From the NCBI GenBank assembly GCA_965644495.1, contig CBFFSA010000009.1:62001-126000 (forward strand): a stretch of 64,000 nucleotides of DNA, read 5' to 3'. Each line of letters starts with the position of its first letter. Position 1 is the stretch's first letter. The DNA is from Perkinsela sp. CCAP 1560/9. Its lineage: Eukaryota > Protista > Euglenozoa: Kinetoplastea. The notes under the pieces were generated by a model. That model was not told where the DNA came from. It searched no databases and worked only from the letters and a program-made list of their open reading frames with translations. Below are positions 23,835 to 35,563 of the stretch, piece by piece. The translations under genes were made by a program, and so were the position numbers.

Positions 23835-25600
23835 TTATCGTATAGTTGCACGAGAGTGTGATGGACTCAAGGAGTTGCTCCTTGGATATCTTGTTCCCGA
23901 GCGTTTTTCCGATATGTTGTCCCTTTGATTTTTCTGAACGGCAATACTTAGGAGAATTTTCTGAACAGCAATACTTGAGCGCTCATAACGTAACCTTTGT
24001 TTGAGTCGATCACCAACACCAACATCACAAGGCTGAAATTTTCCAGTGCATCTCGCAGAAACACACACTGTTCTTAATCAAATGCAGCACCTTCTCGACA
24101 ATCATCATTAATCTGCGCTTGAGTACTCGAGCTAATGCGAACACTGCAACAGTCGATGAGAAATATCAAAGGCAATTTCATTACAAACTTCTTTTTATCA
24201 CGCACTGGAACGTAATAGTGGTGCAAAATGCAATGGATAACCTCAAGTAGTACCCCAGTAGAAGTGTCGTGATTGGAAGTTTGATCCTGTACGGAGCTAG
24301 AAGCAGACGAACATGTGCACCACTATGGGTTTCTACACCATTCCATATAATGAATGGGTCTGATATAGAACCTGTCAATGAAACAGCAGCTAACAAAGCA
24401 GCTCTGCGCTTCTCACCCTTGCATATGTTTTCCAGGGATTTACCCATATACCGTATGTAACGCCGGATTCACTCAGCAAATTGTAAGCGACACCGGTTAT
24501 ACTGTGAGTGTTAGTAGTAGGAATATAAAATACTTGACTGCTTAAATTATTTTCGCAGCTCTGTTTTTCAATTTCCAACAATTCATCACAAATTTCTTTT
24601 CTGCTCGAAGTTTTTCTTTGCAGAGAGTGCACTGCGACCATGTCACAGCCCAAAAGCACGTGCGGAGCCAGTTTGGATGGGCTGCTTTCGCGGACCGAGA
24701 TTCCAACGTGTAAATATCCGAGTTTCCGTGCACGGGAACAGACCTTTCAATCAAAACGCATCCACACGTATCATATACACCGTATCCTGTACGAGATAGC
24801 GAGCGTCCGAAAAGGCAATCGCATAACTCGATACCAGTCTGGGTTGCTTCCGCACACTTTCATAATTCTGCAATATCCGGATCATGGCGTCCTTCAGAAG
24901 CAACATCTCGGTCTCATTATTAAACACTCGCCCTTCGAGCAAAGGCCTTTCGCGAAAGGCACGTTTCTCAAGTGGGTGTCCCACATGATTATACCTGTCA
25001 CGTGTAGAATGTCGCGCACTTTGTGGCAATTCAAAATCTGTATTTTGGCCCAATTTTCTATGTTCTGAGCAGCATGCTTCCAAAGAAGAAATTTTTCTTC
25101 CCATCGAAAATCGAACCCAAGAAATGTACCTAATGGTGGGAGGAGTAATATATTTCTACTGAATATTAAAGACAGCAGGAGCTTTCTTTCCCGCCTTGCA
25201 ACGGACGTGGTAAACTAACTGAAGCAACATTTTTCTGCCTTGATCCAAATATTCGTTTGGATAATTTTGCTCAGGAGTGCTACGTGCTTTCCGAAGAGTA
25301 AGGTTCAAAGCTTTTAACCAAGGTACGAATGATGGATACAAGGGCGTAGAATTGGGGTCTTTGCTTCGCTTTGCATTTTCCTTGATTTTTTGAACAAAAG
25401 CGTTTGTGTCCGCTTCGGAAAGTTCAGGATCTTGCCGCGCTTTGGCACACCATTTCCCACAGTAGCGTATTGCCGACAGGTATTCCAAAGTGTAATTTAG
25501 TTCGGTTATTGTGACGCGTATGAGTTGGGCGTATTTCTTGACATGATCGTACGAACGAAAGGAAGGCTTCCGTTAACATACTGCTCTTAGCCACCAATCA
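23835..25600 (-). pseudogene. pogo-like transposase pseudogene with an internal foreign segment
   Basis: WLKALNLTLRKA (HTH), VFNI|..|TGVAY, KGEKRRAALLAAVSLTG, PFIIWNG, CTGKFQPCDVGV. Confidence 0.7.
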
Positions 25601-26339
25601 TGGGAGACCTTCATTCAAGAAATCTACACGTTTGACGAAGTTTGACTGGGTATCCTGTTGTTCTCTGTTATTGTTGTTCTCTGTTAAGGACTCTTCCAAG
25701 AACGTCACATCCCCCGAAGATCTGACGCTGAGGATCTTTCGAGTTATTATAGCTTTGTTTTCCAAGCCTTCATCCTGGTAAGCTATGTCGGTGAATTTCA
25801 TCCCCGCGAGCCCGCAAGGATCTTCGGGCATCTCACTCGTATAACTAGCAACCTTTTTTAATTCCAATTTCCTCTGGAATTGCAGCATGTTTTTCACATT
25901 GATTCGGCTTCCACACGGTGTCGGTAACCGAGCCTCATTTTTTTGACTATCAGGAGGATTAGATTCGACATCTTGTGCCGGTGTCCGTCGCTGTGAGTGT
26001 ATCATTAGAAAACAACAGACCAAGAAACTTTAAAAGGCAGGTCTCCGAAATCGAATAAAGTATTGCATCTCTTTGTATAGATACATGTGCAACATCCATG
26101 CGCAACACAAGCCATTAAGAAAAACGCTACAAATGTAATAACACAGCATCTTTACCTCCTAGTTGTGGCTCCTTTAATCACCATTTATTTATTTATTTTT
26201 CCTGCGAGTACTAGAGCCTCTCTCTGATCCTCCCTTTTTTTTAATTTAAACATTGTGTATGCAGTCACGGTACCAGGCAAGCATTGGCTCGTTTCATGCG
26301 CCGAGACAATGGGTCGCTGAACTTACTGGACAGGTATCC

Positions 26340-27470
26340 TGGCCAGTGGGGCAACGACCTCATTTTTCAAGAACATTCTTAATTCGTCTAGGCATGCTCT
26401 GTAAAGTACATGAAAACACATCATGTTCTCCTTTCAATAATTCGATACCTGAATGTATTGCATAACGCAATTCCCCCTATTTTTAGGACATTTAGTATTT
26501 GTGTGTGATTCAATTTGTCCCCAAATATTTTCGTTGGGGTTAAGATCAGGGGACTTGGGGGGCCAGCATTGTGACACTATTTTCATCAAAATGACGACGT
26601 GCAATATTGTGGATAGGACAATTATCCATCACCATAACAGCGCCTGAATGTCTCTTCAAAAAATTAAAAAAATCCGTTCTTTTTAGAATAGCGTCTTTAA
26701 ATGCAGCTCCGCTTACTGAAATTTTATTTCCGTCATCATCTTTGTTAGGAAATTCGTGGAAAAAAACCGTATTTTATACTCACCCCCATCCACGCCATAA
26801 TGCCATCACCGCCACGCCACTTTTCCTGTTCTCCTCGGTGTTCTTTGGGGGAATCCGCTTTACGGCAAAGGTAGGTAATCTTTGTCGCCCCCCGCAAGTA
26901 AACTTCTTCTCGTCCGTCCAAATTGTGGACTCGAGATCACGAGGGGTCCACTCCGACAGCTCGCGTCACAGCTCAACTCGTTTCTGCTTGTGCGCAGCCG
27001 CAAGAGCTGGATGACGGGGGACAGTGCGCCAAAGGATGCCTTCACGCTTTAAAGTGCGCGTGATAGAGCGCCGGGAACAATGAAACCCTTCGGACTGAAG
27101 GGTTGACACGAGGCTCGGCCATGACGGAATTCCGTAAGGCAAATCTCGTGTACCTTCATCCATGAGGGTTATAGCCCGGGTCATTAGCTCGGGAGTCATG
27201 ACAACTGATTGACGCTCTTTGTAAGGCGACCTATTCACGTCCCCTGTCTCCTCGTATCGCTGAAAAAAACGAAAAAGTGGCCTAACTGCAGAATTTTGCA
27301 CTTTGAAAAATCAAGATTTTTTTAAAATTTTAAGAAAATTAAAAGCGCGGGAGACGCATTATCACGTGACACGTAACTCTGCGAGAGCTCTCGAATGCGG
27401 TACTACTTTCTAAAATTGGCCAAGTTATAGAAATTTTGACCCCTCCCCCACATTTTCGTGCCCACCCCTG
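26340..27470 (-). mobile_element. Tc1-like element, decayed transposase
   Basis: CAGGGG terminus + TA at 27470-27472; RYEETGDV, IWTDEKKFTCGG, VMALWRG, MDNCPIHN, WPPKSPDLNPNENIW. Confidence 0.85.
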
Positions 27471-27784
27471 TATCTTCCTCACACTTCGCTCCAATGATAC
27501 TGGGTATTAACGAAGCGATCCGGGCTTGGAACCGGTATCTAGCGTGCTTACGTAGGTCGTGAAATGAAAATCTATAAAGAAATGCCGACCCCCCCTTAGG
27601 AGTCCTGAAAATTCTGAACCCCCACTTAAGAGTGCAAATGCCCAAAATCGGCGGACTCTTAGGAAGTTCTCTTAAGTAGGAGGGGTACAGTAAATAATCT
27701 GTAATGCGATAAAAATTAAACCTTCACCAAAACAATTGAAATATGTATACGCATTTACATGTGTATGCATATTCATGATGTTCA

Positions 27785-28215
27785 CTACTCATATATCATT
27801 CCATAGAATACCGTGTGGCTGTGATTTCTGACATCCAGCTCCCGCGTCGAAGAGTTGAGGTCGACTCCTTGTCGCGTCAGTTGCCCAGCGCAGTCGTGGC
27901 GCAGATAGTGAAAGGACCATGTTTGATGGTCGTTCCGTCCCGATCGGGCGGCCACGGTCGCTATCAAGCGATTGGTCTTTACTTTATTCCAATTAGGGAG
28001 TAAGTTAGGGGTTGTCGATGATGATTTCTAGTAGATCAGTAAGTGACGCACTTCTGGTGTCTGAACAATGTCAACAACGTAGCGCTCGCGACTTTTTCCT
28101 CCACAGATTTTTAACAAACCATCCGCTGCACCAACGTCTACTGATCTCTGAAGACCAACAAGTTCGCAGTGGCATAGAAGTCCATAGTATGCAACAGCAA
28201 ATCCTTGGCCATATA
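27785..28215 (-). pseudogene. Tyrosine recombinase remnant (DIRS/VIPER/TATE- or Crypton-like)
   Basis: AYYGLL(C)HCELVGL (box I, Arg position reads TGC), GGKS, then FHYLRHDCAGQLTRQGVD...HTVFY (HxLR...Y). Confidence 0.75.
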
Positions 28216-28289
28216 CAATCTCTCCCCATGCTGAGTGTGTCAGGCTTCAGTGAAGTGTTTTTGTACAATGCTTACGACTTTCTTTGCAC

Positions 28290-28650
28290 ATGCTTCAAAT
28301 TGTTTTTTCCGAAAAAATCCGAACTTGGCGGAACCGTCCTGCGGATACGCGGGGGGATCACCCCCGGGTAGAGGGGTGGAAAATGCGCGCCATGATCCCG
28401 GCTACCCCTTGTGCGGGTTTGTTTCGAAAAGTAATTTTTTCAAAAAAAAAATCGTGCGGTATGCCCCCCCCAAGACGCCCCCTTAGACCCGCCATTTTTT
28501 TCAATTTTTTTTTCAATTTTGGACCACCGGAGTCCCCGTTTATAAGTTGTTCTATTATATTACTGTGTTCCTCTTTATATTTTCACTGTTTGTGTTCACT
28601 TTTTTTTTTCAATAATCGAGGTTAGAGCGGTAGTTTTACAACCACCGCAA
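28290..28650. mobile_element. 'TTGCGGT' family copy 3, left end in reverse orientation
   Basis: Reverse complement of 534-920; ends ACCGCAA-TA 70 bp upstream of the A2 ATG. Confidence 0.85.
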
Positions 28651-28720
28651 TAGCATAGTAATAACGCTTCTTTTACTTCCTTACTATCTTAAGACACCAG
28701 ATATTCCTTGGATTTAACAC

Positions 28721-30313
28721 ATGAATCGCGTTACCGAGACGCGTGATGAACTGTCACCCCCTGTTAAACGTAGGAAAGTGCATCAAGATGTCCCACATAA
28801 CATGGCACCTTATCCATCTACTCGCCCCGGGAAAGTACACCGGGCTGTTTTACCGCAAGAATATGAGCTGGAACGAGTCATTGCGGACGTACTGCATCCT
28901 CACCCATCCTGGACGACATCCACAGCTGCGTGCAATTGGGCTGGAGTAGTGTGTAATGAACATGGAGAGGTCACGGAACTTATGTGGGGCGCGGATTCAG
29001 AACATGAGACATACGGGCCATTTTATGGCGCATTGCATTTAGAACATCTTCCCAGGACCGTTTTGCGAATATCCGTATCGGAGAGAGATTTTTCTGGATC
29101 CGTTTGTTTAGACAATTTGCCGACGAATCTCACGTACCTTAATCTCAGTTTCAACGGCTTTACTGGCGCAGTAAATTTTTCTCTTTTTCCGCCAACGTTG
29201 CAAGTCATTAATTTAGAAGTTAACATGTTTGAAGGTGGTATAGATTTGGGTAGCCTCCCAGCAGAGTTGAGGATATTGGAACTTGGGGGAAATCAATTTT
29301 TCTCAGGCACGATTCAGTCTGAAGAGGACATGGATCTTGGTGCCCTGCCAGTTCAGATGGAAACTTTCAATGCTGAACAAAACAAGTTTTCAGGTGAGTT
29401 ACACCTGAGTAATTTGCCAGACACGCTTAAACACCTGAGTGTGCAAGATAACGAATTGACGGGTACACTTGATTTGCAAGGTCTGCCATCATTACTCGAG
29501 GATGTAAATCTTTCTCAAAATTGGTTTTGTGGTTCTCTACAGCTGGATTCCCTTCCTGAGAACCTTACCTCATTTATCGTGTCGGGCAACAAGTTTACGG
29601 GCGTGTCGAGTCTAGATAAGTTACCAACCGGGCTGACCGATTTGAATCTTTCCAAAAATGCGTTGACCGGAACGTTAGACTTACGGCACTTACCCGATAC
29701 GCTTGAAGAACTTACCCTTTCGCGTAACGCATTCACGGGAGAGATCGACCTACGCTTCCTACCTGATTCTCTTACCCATCTCTTTTTGTACCGCAACAAG
29801 CTATCTGGATCACCAGATCTCAGTGAATTCCCTGAAGGGTTAATTGAGCTGGACATCAGCGATAATGAATTTGTGGGTTCCTTTAAATTAGATGCACTTC
29901 CACCTTCACTTGAGATTTTACGAATCAAACGCAATCAATTTACGGGTAATCTTCACCTCAACGACCTCCCCGAGGCTTGCTCTGAATTTATCGCTAGCCA
30001 TAATAAATTTTCAGGCGCGCTGAATTTGCAAGATATACCGGTCGGGCTTCGAACTCTAAAACTTGACCACAATTGCCTTACCGGTGTGTCTGGCTTTACT
30101 TCTCTCCCTGAATATTTAGGAAAGCTTTTACTTAACCATAACTGCTTGGAAGGGAATATCCAACTCGATACGTTACCCGATACGCTATTATTGAATTTAA
30201 GCGATAACCCAAAGCTACATGGATATGTCAGTCACAAAGCACAGGAAGGTAGAAATATTACGTTTGAAAGGACTCATATTGTGATTGTGGAAGAGCAAAA
30301 TGAAAATTTATAG
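28721..30313 (+). CDS. LRR protein subfamily A (A2), 530 aa
   Basis: Intact ORF, colinear paralogue of 2232-3824 including ~60 bp of upstream sequence. Confidence 0.95.
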   Translation: MNRVTETRDELSPPVKRRKVHQDVPHNMAPYPSTRPGKVHRAVLPQEYELERVIADVLHPHPSWTTSTAACNWAGVVCNEHGEVTELMWGADSEHETYGPFYGALHLEHLPRTVLRISVSERDFSGSVCLDNLPTNLTYLNLSFNGFTGAVNFSLFPPTLQVINLEVNMFEGGIDLGSLPAELRILELGGNQFFSGTIQSEEDMDLGALPVQMETFNAEQNKFSGELHLSNLPDTLKHLSVQDNELTGTLDLQGLPSLLEDVNLSQNWFCGSLQLDSLPENLTSFIVSGNKFTGVSSLDKLPTGLTDLNLSKNALTGTLDLRHLPDTLEELTLSRNAFTGEIDLRFLPDSLTHLFLYRNKLSGSPDLSEFPEGLIELDISDNEFVGSFKLDALPPSLEILRIKRNQFTGNLHLNDLPEACSEFIASHNKFSGALNLQDIPVGLRTLKLDHNCLTGVSGFTSLPEYLGKLLLNHNCLEGNIQLDTLPDTLLLNLSDNPKLHGYVSHKAQEGRNITFERTHIVIVEEQNENL

Positions 30314-30465
30314 TGATGAATATCTTTGTAATCCGGGGTATGATTAGTGTATTGTAATTCCGGGGTTTGGGGGGTACTCCCCTTTCATGTAAAGGTCAAA
30401 AACACATATTGCAATACTTTAGTGGTGTCAATAACTTCTGTAATTTGGATTGCAAAAGACAATTA

Positions 30466-30720
30466 CTAACCACAGTGCCCCCCGTTCCGACTAATAACAA
30501 TTTCACAACGCTTCCTGAAACTCTTCAACGTTTTCTGAACCGTTGTAGAGTGGGTCTGTTTCAATTTATGGAAAGACCCCTCAATAGCGGCTTCCAGTTG
30601 CTGTCGATTTCGGGGTCGAAGAAGATTTTTGTCTGTGTCCATCACAGACCACAAATTTTCGATCGGATTCAGGTCTGGAGATTTTGCAGGCCAGGGAAGA
30701 ACGGAAATTCCTGTGTCACG
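30466..30720 (-). pseudogene. Tc1 transposase C-terminal fragment
   Basis: PWPAKSPDLNPIENLWSVM...ISRNGGHCG. Confidence 0.8.
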
Positions 30721-31771
30721 GAATTTATTTTACTGCCCCCCCCTTAAGAGCACCCGGTCAGATCCCCCCGTTTAAGCGCATATAGAGTTGAGATGCGGAC
30801 TCCGGCGCCGCGAACCTCCTCTGAGTCATTATGATTATGCTGTGCACCCTAAGGTGTGCATACATTTCGGCTTCTCTACTTTCGCTTATGATACACAAGT
30901 ACCAAACAATTTTCTCCGGCGTACATAACGCCTACAACTATGTGCTGGTGCTTGACATTATCCATTCCTCCGCCTACAACTAGCCCAAAAAATGAGTGCT
31001 GCAGTTGCATGAATCGTTTCCCAAAATTTACTAGTATTTTTTTTCCAGGGATCCCTAAAACTTTAAAAACTTTATTATAGTACTTTTATAGTACTATAAA
31101 CTTTTAATTTTAAAGTACTATATACAGGGGGGTCACCAATCAACAGATCTCGAAATTCTAAGCTGTTTTGCGCTATAAAAAGTCTCATAAAAAACATATA
31201 TGAGAAATTTTTAAGGAAAAAATAGGGTCAAAATTGTGCAGATTATTCGAAATATTACGAAAATTCATAATTTATGCTGTATAATTGTTGATATTAAGAG
31301 AGATTCAGTCTACAAGTGTAACAAACTATTTGTTTACGCCTAAATCCCTTCGCCGACAGGGGCGCACACTTTCTACTCGGCATACTTCGTACCAGAAACG
31401 CTTTATTTGCGTACATGACATACCCTGGACTTAGCTCCGAGTAAATTAAGCATCATTAAGCACAACTAAACATTTTTCTCTTCCTTGGTGCAATGGTGAC
31501 GAGTTCCACTTCATCAAAGGAAGCGCAGTAAGCCGTGGGACGCAGTAAGCCGTGGGATGTATTACACGATGTATTGTACATTAACACAATTTTAAATTGT
31601 GCTAATGTACAATACAATAAATTATTTATTGTACATCAGCACATAATACCGAATACACGTGTATGGGTAGAGGTCGTGACCTAGCCTCGAATTCGGGACC
31701 AATACTGGAAGTGGAGTAGAACCGCATTCTAGTACCATTTTTGCAAACTTTTCCGTACGACGTTCAGTTTC

Positions 31772-32506
31772 ATGCTTTACACCCTTCCCGCTGCGGATGT
31801 TACAGAATCACGCGTGGTGAGACGTGCCGCAAAAGTGAGTAACACGAACCTCCCCCAGGAGTACCAACTTGCACGACTTGTTCGCAATGTTGAGAATTCC
31901 TTTTCTTCGTGGAACACATCTACCCCTGCCTGTGAGTGGTACGGTGTGGATTGTAACAAAGAGGGCGAGATTATGTCCATAAAGTGGCCGATGAGTAAAC
32001 TGAAGGGTTCGTTAAGCTTTCGTTATCTCCCAGAAACCATGCACACCTTTTATGCATATGTAAACGAACTTTCCGGTGATGTTCCGCTAGGCACTTTGTC
32101 TTCCAGTTTGCACCGTTTGAGTCTTCGGGACAATGAGCTGAGTGGAACATTGGACTTGGCAGCTCTCCCTTTGAATTTGACCACGCTGATTCTTTCTGGT
32201 AACCGATTTACGGGTGAAGTGTGCTTAACCAGATTGCCCTCGGGGCTTCTCAATTTATGCCTTGGCAGAAACATGCTGTCCGGAGAACTTTACTTGAACG
32301 AATTACCTAATGTGATTATGCTCCGACTGGAAAATAATAATTTTTCAGGAAATGTTGACCTAAGTAGCCTGCCGGCTTCATTGGATGAGCTGGATTTGTC
32401 ATGTAACGTGAATCTTAGTGGTGAGGTTAAAAAATCTGTTCTTCCCGAAAAGCTATGTTCAGCTCTGCGAATTCGGAGCACGAAGATTGTACGTTGCGCT
32501 ACATAA
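31772..32506 (+). CDS. LRR protein subfamily B (B3), 244 aa
   Basis: Intact ORF; AADVTES leader, LPQEY, cap SWNTSTPACEWYGVDC, ~6 LRRs. Confidence 0.92.
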   Translation: MLYTLPAADVTESRVVRRAAKVSNTNLPQEYQLARLVRNVENSFSSWNTSTPACEWYGVDCNKEGEIMSIKWPMSKLKGSLSFRYLPETMHTFYAYVNELSGDVPLGTLSSSLHRLSLRDNELSGTLDLAALPLNLTTLILSGNRFTGEVCLTRLPSGLLNLCLGRNMLSGELYLNELPNVIMLRLENNNFSGNVDLSSLPASLDELDLSCNVNLSGEVKKSVLPEKLCSALRIRSTKIVRCAT

Positions 32507-34289
32507 CGTTGTAAATTTGTTGGAGAAATATTACTAGTGGTTACAGTAGGGGACTGAAACCGATTAAAGAAAATTCAGGAAAATTCGGGCCAATTCCGGG
32601 GCGCCTCATTGTTTTTTAAGTAGCTACTTACGATTTCGCTTTCTGCTAAGATTCTGTTTTATTCGATGATCATTAGGACGGGCAGCTTTTCATTTCTCGT
32701 TTTTCAACTTTAGTTGACGTTAAGCGTTCGTATGTAACTCTTTTTCCATGTGCAGGATATTTCCCCAATCTAACATCGGACGAATGGATTTTTTAACATG
32801 ATCTCGATATTGCTGTATGGCTTCTTGATCCTCACGATTGTCTTTGTAAAATTCAAAGTAGCACATCCCACGAGACCTGAACCCAAGAACTCGTGGATCG
32901 GCTACACTCAACTCTTCAGTAGAGTCCCTGCAATATTGTAGGCGATCCACCTGCCAGTGCATACACTCAGCGTTCCACAAGAGGCCAAAGAAGGAACGTA
33001 TTTACGCGTATTACTTCTTTGGTGTTAGCCCAGAACTTTAATTCATTTTGTGTCGATTGTTGCACCAGAATTAGAGAACGTTTTTTTTCTGGATCAGAGA
33101 GTTGACACAGCCGCAGCGTGCAAACTAACTCAGTTATCTTCCATTCGCTAGGTTTTTTCTTCTTTCCGGCGCTACTCATACCACTTCATTGAGGTTTCCA
33201 ACCTTTATCAATGGAATGCGGAACGTTTCTTGTGTAGAGTAAGCCACTTCCTCAAGGTTAAGTACCTCTCGGAATCAGGACCGTCACTCACATCTTCATC
33301 GTTGCTCGGAGGAAGGTCGTATTCGAAAAAACCAGTCGCGAAAGCAGAAAATAGAGCCAATTGAAAAATCAATTTCCGAGAAGGAAATAAAATTTTCCCT
33401 TGTTATAATTTAAAAAGTAGAGTACTGTGACCCCCCCCTTTAATATGCATCCCACCCTTACCCCCCTTTAATACGCATAAAATGGAGGCTGAAGAAAGTT
33501 TGTGTAGTGTGACCCCCACTTTAACATGCACAAAATTGAAGCTGAAGAAAGTTCGAGTAGTGGGACCGATTTGATTTTTTTTATTCTGTTTGGAAAGTCA
33601 CCTAGTTCTAACTTTAAGTTAATACTGTAGACTTTCTAGCCTTCTCTATCAGCTTCTCTTCGTCAGTATAATGTCGCACACGACACGCGGTTAACGTGAC
33701 CCGCAGCCCCTCATACAATATAGTCCCTTATCTGGGCATGTTCGTGTAGATTCACGAAAAGCTCATCCCGCGCTACCTTATCTACAGGGGGGATCAGCTA
33801 ATACTGGGGGGTCTAAAATTTGTAAAACTTGGCCAATTTTGGAAAATAATAGCACATTCGAGAGCTCTCACACAACCCTCCTGTGGAGGAAATATCGTTT
33901 CCCGTGCTTTTACACATGACGCATTTTAGAGTGAAAATAGGTTTTTTTGACTTGCATTTTCCCAATTTTTTTGATTGCTTTTGAGATTTCCCCTGTTTTC
34001 ATCATTCATGCCTCAAAGACGAGTCACGTTCACTTCGGGAGAAATTGTCGGAGAGCCGTTTTTCACCCCAGGGGACATAAAAATTGCTAGAGAGAGATAA
34101 TGTTAGTATAGAGGGGAACGGGGGTCACTGTGAGTGCTAGGTTTGGATTTACGCTTCGGGGAAAAAACGTCAGAATTTCTTAAAAAACAATCGACGTTTT
34201 TGACCCTCCCACTATTTTACAAAACTGTGGGCCAGGGGGCGTCACCCCCAGGTGTGGAGGATGGAAAATCATCCCCGCGGCATACTCTA

Positions 34290-34530
34290 CAACTTCCCTG
34301 CGCTCGATTCATCCACCTCTATACAGTCCGGGTCAAACATCTCGGTCCATGATTGGACCCTCGCTTCTGAATACAAATTCTTTATGCGCCTGTAGTCTTC
34401 TTGTAGCTTCCGTTCTTCGCTGATGGCGTCTGCAATTTGGGACAAAGCTCCACGGCTATGTCGAGAGTCCCCTCTTCCCATTCTTTTACCAAAGTTTTTG
34501 CAACTCGATTTCAACACCACCGCGTTGACG
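34290..34530 (-). pseudogene. Merlin/ISXO2-like transposase fragment in the LRR-C upstream flank
   Basis: DCIEVDESSAGK resembles the ISXO2 V(E)IDES motif; copies at ~38990-39225 and ~62600-62830. Confidence 0.5.
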
Positions 34531-34840
34531 TTCGAAGTCCCTTATCTGGGCATGTTCGTGTAAATTCACGTAATGCTCATCCCGCGCTACCTTATCTGGG
34601 AGCTTTATGTTCTATAATGCTATATAAATGGTATACAGGGGGGACATTTTTCTGTGTAATACTAATCTGGAGAACATTAATCTGTATGATATTAATCTGT
34701 GTTAACTCGAAAATATCTGGCCCGACAGAAATCTGTGTTAAAAAAATAAAAATGCGCCGCAGGCGAAATTCTTCTTTTTCCATGCATTTTTACGTCTTTT
34801 TCTCGGAAATTTTCTTTTTTCTTGATTTGTATTCGTAATT

Positions 34841-35563
34841 ATGATTGTCTCTATGCTCTCGGCCGATGTAACGGAACCGTTAAGAAAGAAAGCCAGGAGA
34901 GAAACGAACTTATCCGACACAACACTTTCCACGAGCAGTTCTAGTGTGACTGGAACATCTCGTCCATCTAAAGTCAGTGCCGTGTCGTTACCCGTGGAGT
35001 ACGATTTGATGAGACTCGTAGAAAACCCTCCACCGTCATGGTCCACCGATACCCCGGGATGTAGATGGGATCGAGTCAGATGTAACGACAAGGGCGACGT
35101 GATTTGGATAACCTGGGGTCACATGATGGGCTCTAGCGAGAAACTACAAGGCCAGTTCAATGTAAAATATTTGCCGTATGAATTGGAAATTTTACGGCTA
35201 GCGTTCAATTCTCTATCGGGCGAGTTTCCCTTTGATCAGTTGCCTCCGAAATTGAAAGACATTAACATATCCAACAACCAATTCACGGGCACTCCAGATT
35301 TTCGCCACTTGCCACCCTTTCTAGTCTATCTTAATATGTCTGACAATAAATTTTCTGGTCATGTTGAATTCGATTTCGTGCACGAAAACTTGTGCGACAT
35401 AATTTTAGCTTTTAATGCAGAACTTGAAGGCTTCCTAAATATCAGAGACGAGTTAAAAAATCTGTATTATACTGTAGCGCGAACAAAGATTACGGTAAGC
35501 AATGGTGAGATGACACGCTACAGACCGAGCCCGCGTGTTTGTGGAACATGTGGACTAAGGTAA
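34841..35563 (+). CDS. LRR protein subfamily C (C1), 240 aa
   Basis: Intact ORF; PLRKKARR, S/T-rich linker, LPVEYDL, cap SWSTDTPGCRWDRVRC, ~4 LRRs. Confidence 0.92.
   Translation: MIVSMLSADVTEPLRKKARRETNLSDTTLSTSSSSVTGTSRPSKVSAVSLPVEYDLMRLVENPPPSWSTDTPGCRWDRVRCNDKGDVIWITWGHMMGSSEKLQGQFNVKYLPYELEILRLAFNSLSGEFPFDQLPPKLKDINISNNQFTGTPDFRHLPPFLVYLNMSDNKFSGHVEFDFVHENLCDIILAFNAELEGFLNIRDELKNLYYTVARTKITVSNGEMTRYRPSPRVCGTCGLR

Noticed and set aside
31665-31701. tRNA-like 3' end finishing in CCA
   Set aside because: No cloverleaf and no proper TTC loop
32720-33320. Possible Sola-like transposase remnant on the - strand
   Set aside because: Coding-like and near a GAGGGGCTGCG-type end, but I found no diagnostic motif
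35060-35285. Diversity-generating retroelement acting on LRR-C
   Set aside because: Differences are not adenine-specific and include indels; there is no template repeat or DGR-type RT
35549-35563. C-terminal CaaX prenylation signal (CGLR) in C1/C4
   Set aside because: Arg at X is non-canonical and the motif is not kept in C2/C3
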